Source: Takakia lepidozioides (Eukaryota; Plantae; Bryophyta). From it: a DNA stretch of 64,000 bases. The notes below the pieces were generated by a model. That model made no database searches. It had not been told where the DNA came from and worked only from the letters and a program-made list of their open reading frames with translations. Of this stretch, positions 63,904 through 64,000 are shown one piece after another. Location: positions 4,278,001 through 4,342,000 of the forward strand of contig CM060734.1 of assembly GCA_030704615.1 (NCBI GenBank). Reading direction: 5' to 3'. Made by a program: the position numbers and the translations under genes. Position 1 is the stretch's first letter. Each line of letters opens with the position of its first letter.

Positions 63904-64000
63904 GTAAGTGGTGTTAGTCCTGGCCTCCCTCTTTGGATAATGCCAAAGAATTTCAGTCTGTGTGCATAGATAACTGTGTGATTGGTCTGATTTTAGTGTC

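Overview
Eukaryotic nuclear DNA. A non-seed land plant (bryophyte, lycophyte or fern) is inferred from the gene and TE types. About 55 kb is a nested, rearranged transposon cluster. It is followed by an intact multi-exon RelA/SpoT homologue (RSH1-like, + strand, ~56.75 kb to window end). From left to right the cluster holds: a MULE/SWIM transposase pseudogene facing a Ulp1 SUMO-protease pseudogene; a ~4.1-kb unit carrying DRM DNA-methyltransferase fragments, a hairpin array and a satellite, into which a circularly permuted inverted copy of itself has inserted; a chromoviral Ty3/Gypsy element cut cleanly in two by a 5.9-kb inversion (TSD TAGGG and the empty site both visible); a ~1.07-kb TIR element; a ParB/Srx-like (DGNHR) gene preceded by parS-like 16-bp palindromes; tRNA-derived SINEs; an endonuclease-bearing Helentron split by a Gypsy insertion plus a second inversion (TSD CTAGC); a Gypsy integrase-PHD fragment; a decayed SET-domain gene; a LINE tail; and a canonical Helitron 3' end. 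The most notable points are the ParB-like gene with parS-like repeats, the SET-domain gene among TEs, the DRM-containing inverted repeat, and the density of chromatin reader/writer/eraser modules in or among TEs. All calls come from reading motifs by eye; no searches were run.
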